This document shows positions 34,649 to 44,527 of a stretch of DNA of 64,000 nt, in pieces. Below the pieces are notes generated by a model. It was not told where the DNA came from, did no database searches, and saw only the letters and a list, made by a program, of their open reading frames with translations. The DNA is from Salisapilia sapeloensis CBS 127946 (lineage: Eukaryota; Protista; Oomycota): the NCBI GenBank assembly GCA_023334545.1, contig JAADVB010000073.1, positions 8,327 through 72,326 of the forward strand, in the 5' to 3' direction. A program made the position numbers and the translations under genes. Numbering within the stretch: position 1 is the stretch's first letter; the number at the start of each line of letters is the position of its first letter.

Positions 34649-35864
34649 CTACTTCAGCTTGGAACGACTCTTCTCGAACGAGTCCATGGCATCCATACAG
34701 CCTAAGCGACTCGTGAGAGCATCCTGCACGGAGATAGGTAGCATCTTGAGCAGCCCGACAACAGCTGGGAACATGTAGTCTCGGAAATTGTTAGCACAGT
34801 AGAACACTCGCTCATCTCCAGAGATGATCGAGTTGACCATAGCTTTAGCGACCGTTTCCGGTCTTAGGTGGAGGAACAGGTACTTGGTAAGCTTCTTCGT
34901 CCATGCGTCATGCTCGAACGCTCCGTCAAACATGGGCGTCTGGATCGCACTAGGGCATGCGACCAGCGTCTTGATCTCATTGGCATACCCGTCACGACGG
35001 ATTTCCATGCGAACTAGTGCTTCGTTAGACATATTATCGTGGTACAATGAAGAGGGGAATACGCACGGGAGTCGATGAAGCCGTTGACAGCGGCTTTGCT
35101 GGAGCAGTAGTCGGACAAGCAGGCACTGGACACAAGTCCCATCTATATCATCACTGCTTAGTTGATAGATACACAACCTTTTGTCATTTCAAGGTACCAC
35201 AGAGGAAACGGAGACGATGTATCCCTTGCGTTGCTCCTTCATGGCTGGCATCACAGCCTTGGTGAGCCAGAAGTGGGACATGACATTGACGTTGAATGTC
35301 AAGCGGACTTGCTTTGGCGTCAGGTCTTCCAACGTACGGCCGCTCACAACACCTAAGGAATGCTTAGTACATAGGTACATGAAGATAGAAGAGAGAGGGT
35401 GCATACCGGCATTGTTGATGAGGACGGATACGTGTTTGGGCGCAATGGCCTTTTGAATCTCCTCCATGCAAGACTTCACGGCGCTACGTTGATCATGTTA
35501 ACATAAAGTTAACAGGATACCGACATTATAGTACATACTCTTCATCCGATATATCACACGTGTACAGGAGGATACGGCTATTGGCATCGAAGTGCTCGCT
35601 CTTCTCCAGCTCCGACTTGACACTCTCGAGGGCTGGCAAGTTGATGTCGATGAGGACCAGGGTGACGCCAACAGCGCGCTCCAAGATTTCGAACGAGATG
35701 CATTTGCCGAGGCCCCCTGCACCGCCCGTGAGGACGATGCACTGACCATCAAGGGAAAAGACCTGTCTATAGCGGTTATAGACAAGAGACGCGAAAAACA
35801 AGACCAAGACAGCTGCCCCAGTCGGCAGAAGGGGGTCCGAGGTAAATAGTTCCAAGTCCAACAT
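34649..35864 (-). CDS. Short-chain dehydrogenase/reductase (RDH10/SDR16-like) with N-terminal membrane anchor
   Basis: TGGAGGLG; LYTCDIS; INNAG; NVMSHFW; VSVSS; catalytic DYCSSK; ACPSAIQTPMF. Several short introns. Confidence 0.9.
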
Positions 35865-36569
35865 GACTTTAAAGATCGGCTTTGCGTCTTGGTGAGCGAA
35901 GTAGGGAATGGAGTGGAGCCGAGTGGAGCCGAGGGTGGGGTGGAGGTGAATGGCAGATATCATGGGTACGCCAGCTGCTGAGCTGCGACGATACCAGTCG
36001 TACGGTACATTGAGAAGCTCTCGCAAACGATGCAGCGAAGAGCGACGCTACAAGCTAGATATTTTTTACTAGGACTTTCACGATACATTGTAGCTCCACT
36101 GCCTTTAGTAGACCCTGTAAGTGAAACTGCTTCCGCCGGTGGAGAAGAATGCAGAGTGTACCTATACTCGATGCCAGTCAAAAGTAGCTTTTTTCTTTTA
36201 TATGTACTTTTTATTTGCTACGATCGTCGACAGGATCCAAAGGTGTATCGTGCAGAAGAAGCAGGTGAATGGTATCTTGTCATTTTTAACCAATATGAGC
36301 GTAGGATTGAGTAAAATCCTTCCTTTGAATTCAATTCGACGGCGGGAAGTGTAGGCTCGCTCTGCGCGTGTCTATTGATTTGCACTCAGCTTCATTATAT
36401 TTTGTTTCTGTCCATCATATAGACGAAGATGGGACGTTGTACTAGTCAATTTGATGGTGAAGAATTGAATGGAAGAAGGTACCCATGTCCATGCCGGACG
36501 GCGGGAAAGGTAGGACGTAACGAAGTAGCGATCCGCCGGAAGATCTAAAGATGTGCACACAAAGTGTCT

Positions 36570-37072
36570 CAATCGCAGTACTTGAAGTTGGAGTCGTGAA
36601 AAGGACCTACCGCTGGACATTTCCTGAGAAGTGCAACGAGGCATTGCATGCCAAGCTACGATTCTCAATCGGTCCAGAAAACTTATCAATATGTATCGCT
36701 ATGAAATCACCACGAGCGTATGAATAAGCTATCGATTGCTTTCCCGTATTATGACTAAGGCGCAATCGAGGTACTTGAAGTCGGAGCCGTGAAAAGGACC
36801 TACCGCTGAACATTACATGAGAATAGCAACGAGGCACTGCATGCCTGGCTACAATTGCCAATCGGTACAGAATATCCATCAATAAGTATCGCTATGAAAT
36901 CACTACGAGCGTATGAATAAGCTGTCGATTGCTTTCCCGTTTCATGACCAAGGCGCAATCGAGGTACTTGAAGTCGGAGCCGTGAAAAGGACCTACCGCT
37001 GGACATAACGTGAGAAGCGCAACGATGCATTGCATATCGGACTACAATTGCCAATCGGCCCAGAATATCCAT
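36570..37072. repeat. 193-bp tandem repeat, about 2.6 diverged copies
   Basis: GTACTTGAAGT recurs at 36578, 36771 and 36964 (exact 193-bp period). Units are alignable along their length. Confidence 0.93.
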
Positions 37073-39287
37073 TAAAGAGCACAGCATCAAACATTACCTT
37101 GAGCTTCCGAATACCCTAGCAACGTCCGTCCAGTCTCATGGTTTCAGCGGTGTCAAGCAATGTGCACACTACTTCGGAGAGCGACGAAGAATACGGGAAA
37201 ATGGACATCAAAGGTCGTAGACCAAACAAAAACAAATATACCCCATTTAATGCAACCAATGGAAACTTGGGCAAATAAAGCGGACAAAAATACCAGAAAT
37301 GGTGACTGGATGCCAAATAGATTTTTAGAAAAGAAGGAGTGGATTCAATCGCTTTCTGTGGGTTTGGTATGACGCCCAAAGTATCTTTTTTCGCGGTCAG
37401 CACCGTTCTTCATGGGTTCTAGCAGCCATGAGGTCGAAGGATGAACGGGTTCGCGACTGTCGTAGCTGTGCACTATCGTTCCGCTTTTTCTTTAGATGTT
37501 CGGCCTTCCTACATAGCTCGTACGTGGTGTGCACATCTACTCTTGGACATGATTTCGCTGATGAAGTGTCACCACAAAGCGACAAAACCAGGTAGCGGCT
37601 GACGTGTATGATTGCTATAATGTTCTCTACCTTGATTGTAAACCACGAAGGCATCTGAATCTTCAGCCCTATGTCTGACCAACACGAATGCATTCGTGGA
37701 GCACAAGAGCTTGCCAATGCACACGATGCCAACAAAGGGGTGGAGTACTAGAATTCATGCAAAAATTGCACGCTGCTTCCACTAGAGTAAAAATTGTTCG
37801 CAAGACATTGCGCTTGAACCAAACATACTTTTGCAGCAAACATAGAGCTTGCGCGTATCTATCCGAGACCAGATTCAATATTGCTTACAATCTCACTCGT
37901 GACGCGTAGACGGCCGCCCGGCTAACTTGAACGTGCTTGCTGCGATTAGATGTTCGCAAACTTCTGTATGTATCTTTGAGATAGGAGGCATAAATATTCG
38001 GTATTCTCGATCAGAATAAACGCGCTGATTGTTCTAGCCAGGCATGCGGATAGATCTGGTCCAAGTAAAGCATCTCGAACGACTGGAGCAAACCATACGA
38101 TCGATTAGACCGCTGTTCGATCACCGATATGCCCCATCAAAAAAGGATAGCTGAACGTACGTCAGTGTTAAACACTCGAATGCGATATTGGATTTTTTCC
38201 GAGAAGAGAAGGCTTCCTCCGCTATGGTGCTTGCGAATAGTGCTCCATTTCGGATGGTATCTCGGCGATGTGGGTGAATAAAAAAAGTTAAATTATGTAT
38301 GGCTTCCATCTTTTTTAAAGCTATATTGGCTTCGCGGTTGGTGAATTAGTCGGTGCGTTGGATGTCGGAATCCATGTGCCAGGTATAGGCGTGTGTAGCT
38401 ACACTTCAATCCATCACGGGTTTGAAGTTTTGAGTCGCTTTTCGGGCTTGAGTCCGGACAACACCGGCCTGATCTTCTGGCCACATTATCTCTTGGGATT
38501 TTCGTATAACGACAAAATTAGCTTCAGTGGGTACATTGTGCATACACACCGGTCAATTTTCTATGTCCATGCGACGGTCTGAAGAATTTGATGGATACTA
38601 ACCTCTACATAAAGTTGAACGCATGTCGAGCATCTCGCGTCGTGCATTCTCTCCATGCTTGCATTTCTTCCGATCAGGATACGATAATAGATTTTTCGTC
38701 CATCGTGGTGCTGACCAACGCGGTTCGGTGATGTCCGTCCGCGGCTCTCAGACGGATAACGGATTGGGGCAAGTATGACGCGTGTGACTGCTCTGCCATC
38801 GGTATACATTGTTTGGCTATTGCCTAGCCTTTAGGCATGCCAGATGCACTAGACCCAGTCACTGTTTGCAGAGTTACCAATGAAGTTGGTGTTTCCTCCG
38901 ACCTTACAACAAGGCTGCCTAAGAGTCACCTCAGAGGACGAGCGGAAATAGGGGTCCCGTCGTGGTATAATTGTCCGTTTTTCCTCACTTCCTGCTCCCA
39001 GCCGCCACCTGTACTCTTCGGGCCTTTTTTCATAGGCATCGAATCGAGGCGGATGCGGTATATATCCACATTAGATTACGAGTCGGTCTCGAAGACGCAC
39101 GTGGGATACATAGGCAGACGAACGAGTGGCGTCAGGAAGCATATCGGGCGCATCGAACTATCCACCATTTCCAAACTTGCAAGCGTTTGAGCATCGACAC
39201 TCATCTCGACCAAGTATCTGTCAACCCTCTGAGAACTTGAGTCTCACATTATTTTCTTCGCATAAAGCCTTTGATACCACGAACAAC

Positions 39288-39842
39288 ATGGTGCTTTCCC
39301 AAGACGACATCCCGCGGGCTTCCAACCAGACTGAAAAGTGCCGCTACAAGACCGGCAAGTGCCACAACAAGCGCTCGCACAAGCGCAATGGACAGCAGCA
39401 TCAATTGTGCCTATATCACCGAGACAAGGCCAATGAGATCCAACGCAAGTTTGATCGTCACAAGCGTTACGCTGAACGAGTCAAGAAAACCCAAGAAACG
39501 AGATCGTTTGATATGCAATTGCTATCGTCCGATAGCTCGCATGCTTTCAGCAGTAGCGGCTACTCGACTAAATCCCACGACTCCAATTTCTTCTCCTTCC
39601 AGAGAAACTCGGACTCGACGGATTCGGATATGAACAGCAGCCGCTGCTCGACGGAAAGTGACCGAAGCCAAGTGTCCTTTGTCGAGCAACTATGGAGTGA
39701 AATGGCGCCAGAAGAGATGGAGGATCTCTGTGGTGACATGCGGATGGCAGACCTGGAGCCTGTCACGATTGAAGAGCACGCCCGAGGCCACGCTCTATCG
39801 ACCGATGAAATCGACTTTTTATGCTCCGCCATGCTCGAGTAA
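39288..39842 (+). CDS. Oomycete-type small protein with C-x6-C-x15-C-x2-H motif and basic helix (putative DNA-binding)
   Basis: CRYKTGKCHNKRSHKRNGQQHQLCLYHRDKANEIQRKFDRHKR, then a Ser-rich linker and terminal LSTDEIDFLCSAML. Confidence 0.75.
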   Translation: MVLSQDDIPRASNQTEKCRYKTGKCHNKRSHKRNGQQHQLCLYHRDKANEIQRKFDRHKRYAERVKKTQETRSFDMQLLSSDSSHAFSSSGYSTKSHDSNFFSFQRNSDSTDSDMNSSRCSTESDRSQVSFVEQLWSEMAPEEMEDLCGDMRMADLEPVTIEEHARGHALSTDEIDFLCSAMLE

Positions 39843-40385
39843 ACTGGATCAACGGCGGATTCATTGCTATATGTTTCGTACATTGATTGTACTGACTCGA
39901 GTTCCACCGCAAGAACTCCACTGGTCCGAAGTATGCAATCACTTTATCAGTTCTACTCTCCACCAGTACGCGTGTATTTTTGATAGATAATAAAATAAGA
40001 GGTAGCTCCTACAGACGAAAGATAGTGTGCTGGAGACTATCATCAATACAAAAAGTTTTGTTTATTCATATAAATATATCGTTCCAACCGTTTCAAAGGA
40101 TTGTTTTCTACTCTCTACTCGTCCGCTTAGGGATAGAGGCTATTATCCCCGTGACGTCGTTTTCAGCGCCACATTGAACTCACTACGTTTTGTAGTTGAC
40201 ATTGCAATTCCCATCGCCGTCCACCCCATACGTATCTCATAAGCATACGGCAAGCCAGTTACGTACTACCTGTGCTTTTGCAACTCCATGACAAAGCAGT
40301 GACACTTTCTCTACCTGAACGTGACTCTCTCTATATACGACAATAGTTGTGCAACGCTAGACTTCTGTATCCACCTTATTAGCCC

Positions 40386-42890
40386 ATGACCCAGGTGACG
40401 ACGGCTCGAGTTGTCGTGTCCGAGTTTTCTGAAAACCACATCAAGATTCTGTACCTCATTAGCCTCTATGCTGTCGCTGCGAACTCGACCAAGATTAATG
40501 AGCGTTGGTTACGGCACATACCTTTGCTTGTGTTTATGTTCGAAGGCATTGTCACTGGTAAGCTTGACCTAGATTACGCTCCAGCATCCGTAAGGTTGTC
40601 CGTGAAAGGGAAAGCATTGCGACGATGGATTAACGTATCAAGAGAAGGCAAGTCTGTGCTAGACGACTTGATAGATGCTCAGCTTATTAATGGCATTAAA
40701 CTTTCCAGTGATGACTTCCAACCGGTAACTGCGTACCAAGTTTCGGACAAGGGCGTGCAGCTTCTTCACGAGCGACTGGAAGCGCAGGCACGGGAGGAGG
40801 TTGAGAGCTTCTTGTACCCGCCACCGCCTCAAGAACACAGGCTTTTAGTAATATTATATTCTGGAGATAAATTCTACTTGCGTGGAGGTGCTTTCAGCAA
40901 GGCGAGTTTAATCACCGAATGTGAGGATGTTTCGTACGTCTCCAGCCCGTACTTACCTCGTTGTCTACGTCGTAAAACGGGGTATCGTGTCCAACCCAAT
41001 AGCAATAAACATCGAGCGAAAGAAAGCGCCGCTGGTCTGAGCAACATTACGTCAAATCCGAACGAGGAGATCGTATTAGGGAACGTCTGTGCTCTAGTCG
41101 GAGAATGGGTTCCCTTCGGTTCAAATCAAATTGTCGCTTTAAATGAACGCATGGGATCGCTAGATCGATGTCAAGGTGGCATATTGACGAGCGCGATTGA
41201 TAATTCCCCAACCGAAACCGAGTTTCGACTGCCTCTTGGTCAGACTGAAGTTCGAATTTTAGACTTTGATTTTGTCCGCTTTATCAACTTTGAAGCAGAA
41301 TCCCATTTTCCAGAGTCCGAAGGCATTGTCCAAATCGAGAGCTTTGGAATGCATCTGAATTGCGATGGTTCACTCATATTTGGCATGGAAATCGATGCCA
41401 TTATGGATCGAGCTAGTGACAACTTGTCCATTGATCACTTGTCTAGATTACTAGTGGACATTCACCAAGACTCGACATTGCTCGTCAACGACTTGTTGTC
41501 CCAATACCAGCTCAGACTGCTTGATATGTTGTATTTGGGCGATTCGTATCAACGGAATAAGTATAACTGTCTACTAGCAAGCCAGATAACCCCCAAACTC
41601 TCGGCAAAAGAGTACTTGGCATCGCCTTCTTTGGCAAATGAACTTGAACAGATCTTGGGTGACATCGTCATCGCTCATGATCTCACTTCAGACGATGTAC
41701 TTCTTGTTGGCAAAGCAGGCTGTTTGGTAGCCGGACCTAATGCTTTCAAGCACGAGCATCTTGTCACTGCTTACGTTGGACTCGTGTCACGTGATCTCTT
41801 TATCAAAAACTTTTTCGCCCGAACGTTTGTACTCGATGCAACATTGAAAGAAACAAAGTATCGCATTCACGCATCTAGTTGGAAGAATCCACAGGTGACG
41901 ATGGAAGTGCGGGACAAACTATCACAGGTATCAAGAGACACGATCTTACTAGCTGAGACACTTGAGTACTTGCTTGACTCGTTAAAAGATGTACAGTTAG
42001 TTCCGTTGAAGGAAATCACGGGAAACTTGTCAGCAAGGATAAGTGAGACAGGTCGACGCAATCAAGGAATTGACGCTGGGTTACTGGATGTCTTGCAACT
42101 TGATGAACTGAAGAACCAGACGATCGTACGCTGCCATGATTGCGTAAAGCTCATGGAAAACGCTATGCTGCAGCTTGAACAGCTCCAAACGATTGCAAAA
42201 GGAACGGCTGCGAATCGATTGGAAGAATCTTGTCAGCGAGTTGGAAGGAACACGCACACGTTGGCAACGGCACATCACCAACATCGATCTAACATTCTTC
42301 TAAAATTTCTCCGAGACCTTGTTGCCGGATTATTTGTTTTTGACGTAATTGATCGACTTACAGGAGGCACCTGGAATGTGCATCTGCCCAAGTGGGCAAT
42401 CGATTCCATTGTTGCTCCAGTCATGCATCAACCTTTTGCGTGGTGGGGCATTAATATCCTCTGCTACGGCGGGTTTGCTTGCCTTTTGAGCTGGACAGCA
42501 AGATGGCTGTGGCATCAAACATTAGGGAAAACGGTGGTTACTGCCAATATCAACAAAGCGATCAAGTGGAAGCATCTACAACGACTACTTGTACGTCGTG
42601 GCGTCATACTACAAACGATCACTTCTCAAATTGGTGGTCGCAACCACGCCGTGCAACCGTTTAAACGTCGTGTTATTAAATGGCAAAGTCGTCGGGATGT
42701 ACAATTGTGGGGCGGAAGCAGTCTTGAAATCGATTTTTCTTGTGATGAAAAGCATGAGTTCTTGTATGCCGTGTCTTTACATTTTGACGCGAACAAAACG
42801 ACTCTACGAGATGAAGAGATCGTAGAGAGATTGCAAGAACTTTTCATCGCTGGAGACATCTTTGAAAGTGAAGAGAACTTGGTCGAATAA
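40386..42890 (+). CDS. Uncharacterised 834-aa protein with long helical region and two predicted C-proximal TM helices
   Basis: Single intronless ORF of 2.5 kb. Hydrophobic segments ILLKFLRDLVAGLFVFDVI and FAWWGINILCYGGFACLLSW. Confidence 0.85.
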   Translation: MTQVTTARVVVSEFSENHIKILYLISLYAVAANSTKINERWLRHIPLLVFMFEGIVTGKLDLDYAPASVRLSVKGKALRRWINVSREGKSVLDDLIDAQLINGIKLSSDDFQPVTAYQVSDKGVQLLHERLEAQAREEVESFLYPPPPQEHRLLVILYSGDKFYLRGGAFSKASLITECEDVSYVSSPYLPRCLRRKTGYRVQPNSNKHRAKESAAGLSNITSNPNEEIVLGNVCALVGEWVPFGSNQIVALNERMGSLDRCQGGILTSAIDNSPTETEFRLPLGQTEVRILDFDFVRFINFEAESHFPESEGIVQIESFGMHLNCDGSLIFGMEIDAIMDRASDNLSIDHLSRLLVDIHQDSTLLVNDLLSQYQLRLLDMLYLGDSYQRNKYNCLLASQITPKLSAKEYLASPSLANELEQILGDIVIAHDLTSDDVLLVGKAGCLVAGPNAFKHEHLVTAYVGLVSRDLFIKNFFARTFVLDATLKETKYRIHASSWKNPQVTMEVRDKLSQVSRDTILLAETLEYLLDSLKDVQLVPLKEITGNLSARISETGRRNQGIDAGLLDVLQLDELKNQTIVRCHDCVKLMENAMLQLEQLQTIAKGTAANRLEESCQRVGRNTHTLATAHHQHRSNILLKFLRDLVAGLFVFDVIDRLTGGTWNVHLPKWAIDSIVAPVMHQPFAWWGINILCYGGFACLLSWTARWLWHQTLGKTVVTANINKAIKWKHLQRLLVRRGVILQTITSQIGGRNHAVQPFKRRVIKWQSRRDVQLWGGSSLEIDFSCDEKHEFLYAVSLHFDANKTTLRDEEIVERLQELFIAGDIFESEENLVE

Positions 42891-42952
42891 GATACAATAG
42901 AAAATTGTAATTGTAATTTATAAATGAAACCTGGCCGTCATCACATAGAGTT

Positions 42953-44146
42953 CTAGTTGATGAAACTAGAAAAGTTGGAGAATGCATCCTGGGCAGCGTT
43001 GACGAGCGACGTAAATCCTGGAGCCGAATCAGACAGTTGCGCTCCAAGCAGACTCACAACAGAAGTGATACTAGAACAGCCTTCCCCGTAGGTGACGCTT
43101 CCAAGGCCATCCGAGTAGACGAGGTTCATCTCCAAATTACTTAGTGCACGGCGAAAGAGGAAGTGCTCTGTTGCTCCCTTGTGATCTCCACTAATCTTGA
43201 ACTCTACTCTCTGCCCTGTAATGAGAGCCGTGACGACTTTGCTCATGACGCCCCACGACCCTTTCCGCACTCGCTGCGTAAACACCTGCTTCGACTCACC
43301 TCGTGGGATCCCTCTATCTGGGTATTCCGATACCGCATATCCAAGTAGCTCGTCCTCGTATTTGACACTAAAGTTGAGTCGCCCAATTCCGTCCAGCCCC
43401 ATGGACGACGGATTCGTGATGGTCGTGTTTAAAACCATGGTCAAGTTGTTCGTTTCGCATCCCGTGAGTTCAATGCTGTCGACTTTTGGCGGTGGATCCA
43501 TAAAATTGTTAAAGCCAAGTAGCTTCATTGATCGCTCGAACTCAATGTCATCTCGGGTAAATATCAAGGCATGCACCTTTAAATCTCCCTTTAAAACAAT
43601 TTCGATTGACTTACCCAGCATGAGAGCTTTTGTCATATCATCAAAATCATCCAGCTCAATGACATTGATTCGACTGCTGATGTCGGTGATATTAAATTTG
43701 TGTACGCTGTCGTTTAGCTCAACTTGTGGAATACCGATTGTACCAAAGCTATCGTCATCTTCTTCTTCGTAAATGAGCTCTAGGACAGTGGGATCCACTC
43801 GTGACTTGTAGTTGACGTGATGGTCAACTTCGACGGTCAATCGAGTGTCAAAGCCACTGCCATTAATCGCGACAACGTCCATGGATTCGACTTTAATTTT
43901 AACGTCGTCAGCATTTTGTTGGAAGAGGTGATTGACGACGGGAAACCAGACGATGAGGAAAGCAGTCACAACAGTAAGGACGATGCTAGCAACAATGACG
44001 ATAATTAAACAACTCTTCGTCGTGTAGCAGCAGCAATAGCGCTTTTTGCCACGATCGTACCGTGGCACATCATCCTCATCAAAGTCCTGTGGCTGTCCAT
44101 TTTCATCGCAGTTCCGTAGCTCTTGTGTTTCTTCATAGGTTGTCAT
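42953..44146 (-). CDS. Single-pass membrane protein with LEA2/DUF3712-like beta-rich repeats
   Basis: Acidic N-terminus, YCCCY, a TM helix (CLIIVIVASIVLTVVTAFLIVWFPVV), then two beta-strand-rich units (e.g. TTITNPSSMGLDGIGRLNFSVKYEDELLG). Confidence 0.6.
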   Translation of the reverse strand: MTTYEETQELRNCDENGQPQDFDEDDVPRYDRGKKRYCCCYTTKSCLIIVIVASIVLTVVTAFLIVWFPVVNHLFQQNADDVKIKVESMDVVAINGSGFDTRLTVEVDHHVNYKSRVDPTVLELIYEEEDDDSFGTIGIPQVELNDSVHKFNITDISSRINVIELDDFDDMTKALMLGKSIEIVLKGDLKVHALIFTRDDIEFERSMKLLGFNNFMDPPPKVDSIELTGCETNNLTMVLNTTITNPSSMGLDGIGRLNFSVKYEDELLGYAVSEYPDRGIPRGESKQVFTQRVRKGSWGVMSKVVTALITGQRVEFKISGDHKGATEHFLFRRALSNLEMNLVYSDGLGSVTYGEGCSSITSVVSLLGAQLSDSAPGFTSLVNAAQDAFSNFSSFIN

Positions 44147-44527
44147 GTGTACTAATTAGACGTTCTGCTCGCCGATGCCTGTCGAGAGATCACGACGATG
44201 CCCTATCGAGTCACGAAGAACTGCTTATGTCATCTCATGTCGCTTTGTAATAATAGTTACATTGTGTGCTGGGACAACAGTGGTCCGTTATAGTACATGC
44301 ACAAACACAAAACGTGGACACGAAAGTGTGAATTAGCATTCGACGAGCTCAGCAGCGAGTCTTCCTCCTTTTTCTCGGTCTAGAGTGACTTCTCGTTTCT
44401 CAAAAGCCACTCAGTACCTAGCAGATCGCTGCGTTCGCTCTTCAGACGCTCTATTGTATAGATTTCCGACTATACCAGCGTTTTGTAGTAAATCCCAAAC
44501 TCGGCCACTCGATTTTCACCGATTTAT

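Noticed and set aside
36570-37072. Tandem repeat as a CRISPR array or snRNA/5S gene cluster
   Set aside because: The whole 193-bp unit repeats with no unique spacers, the context is eukaryotic with no cas genes, and I found no U1/U2/5S signatures or Pol III A/B boxes.
36372-37090. Three similar minus-strand ORFs (SGRSFSRLRLQVPRLRL)
   Set aside because: They are by-products of the 193-bp repeat. The period is not a multiple of 3 and the frames shift between units.
37100-39200. Scattered 60-120 aa ORFs upstream of the C3H-motif gene
   Set aside because: No family motifs and frequent stops in all frames. It may be decayed TE or regulatory DNA, but this cannot be supported.
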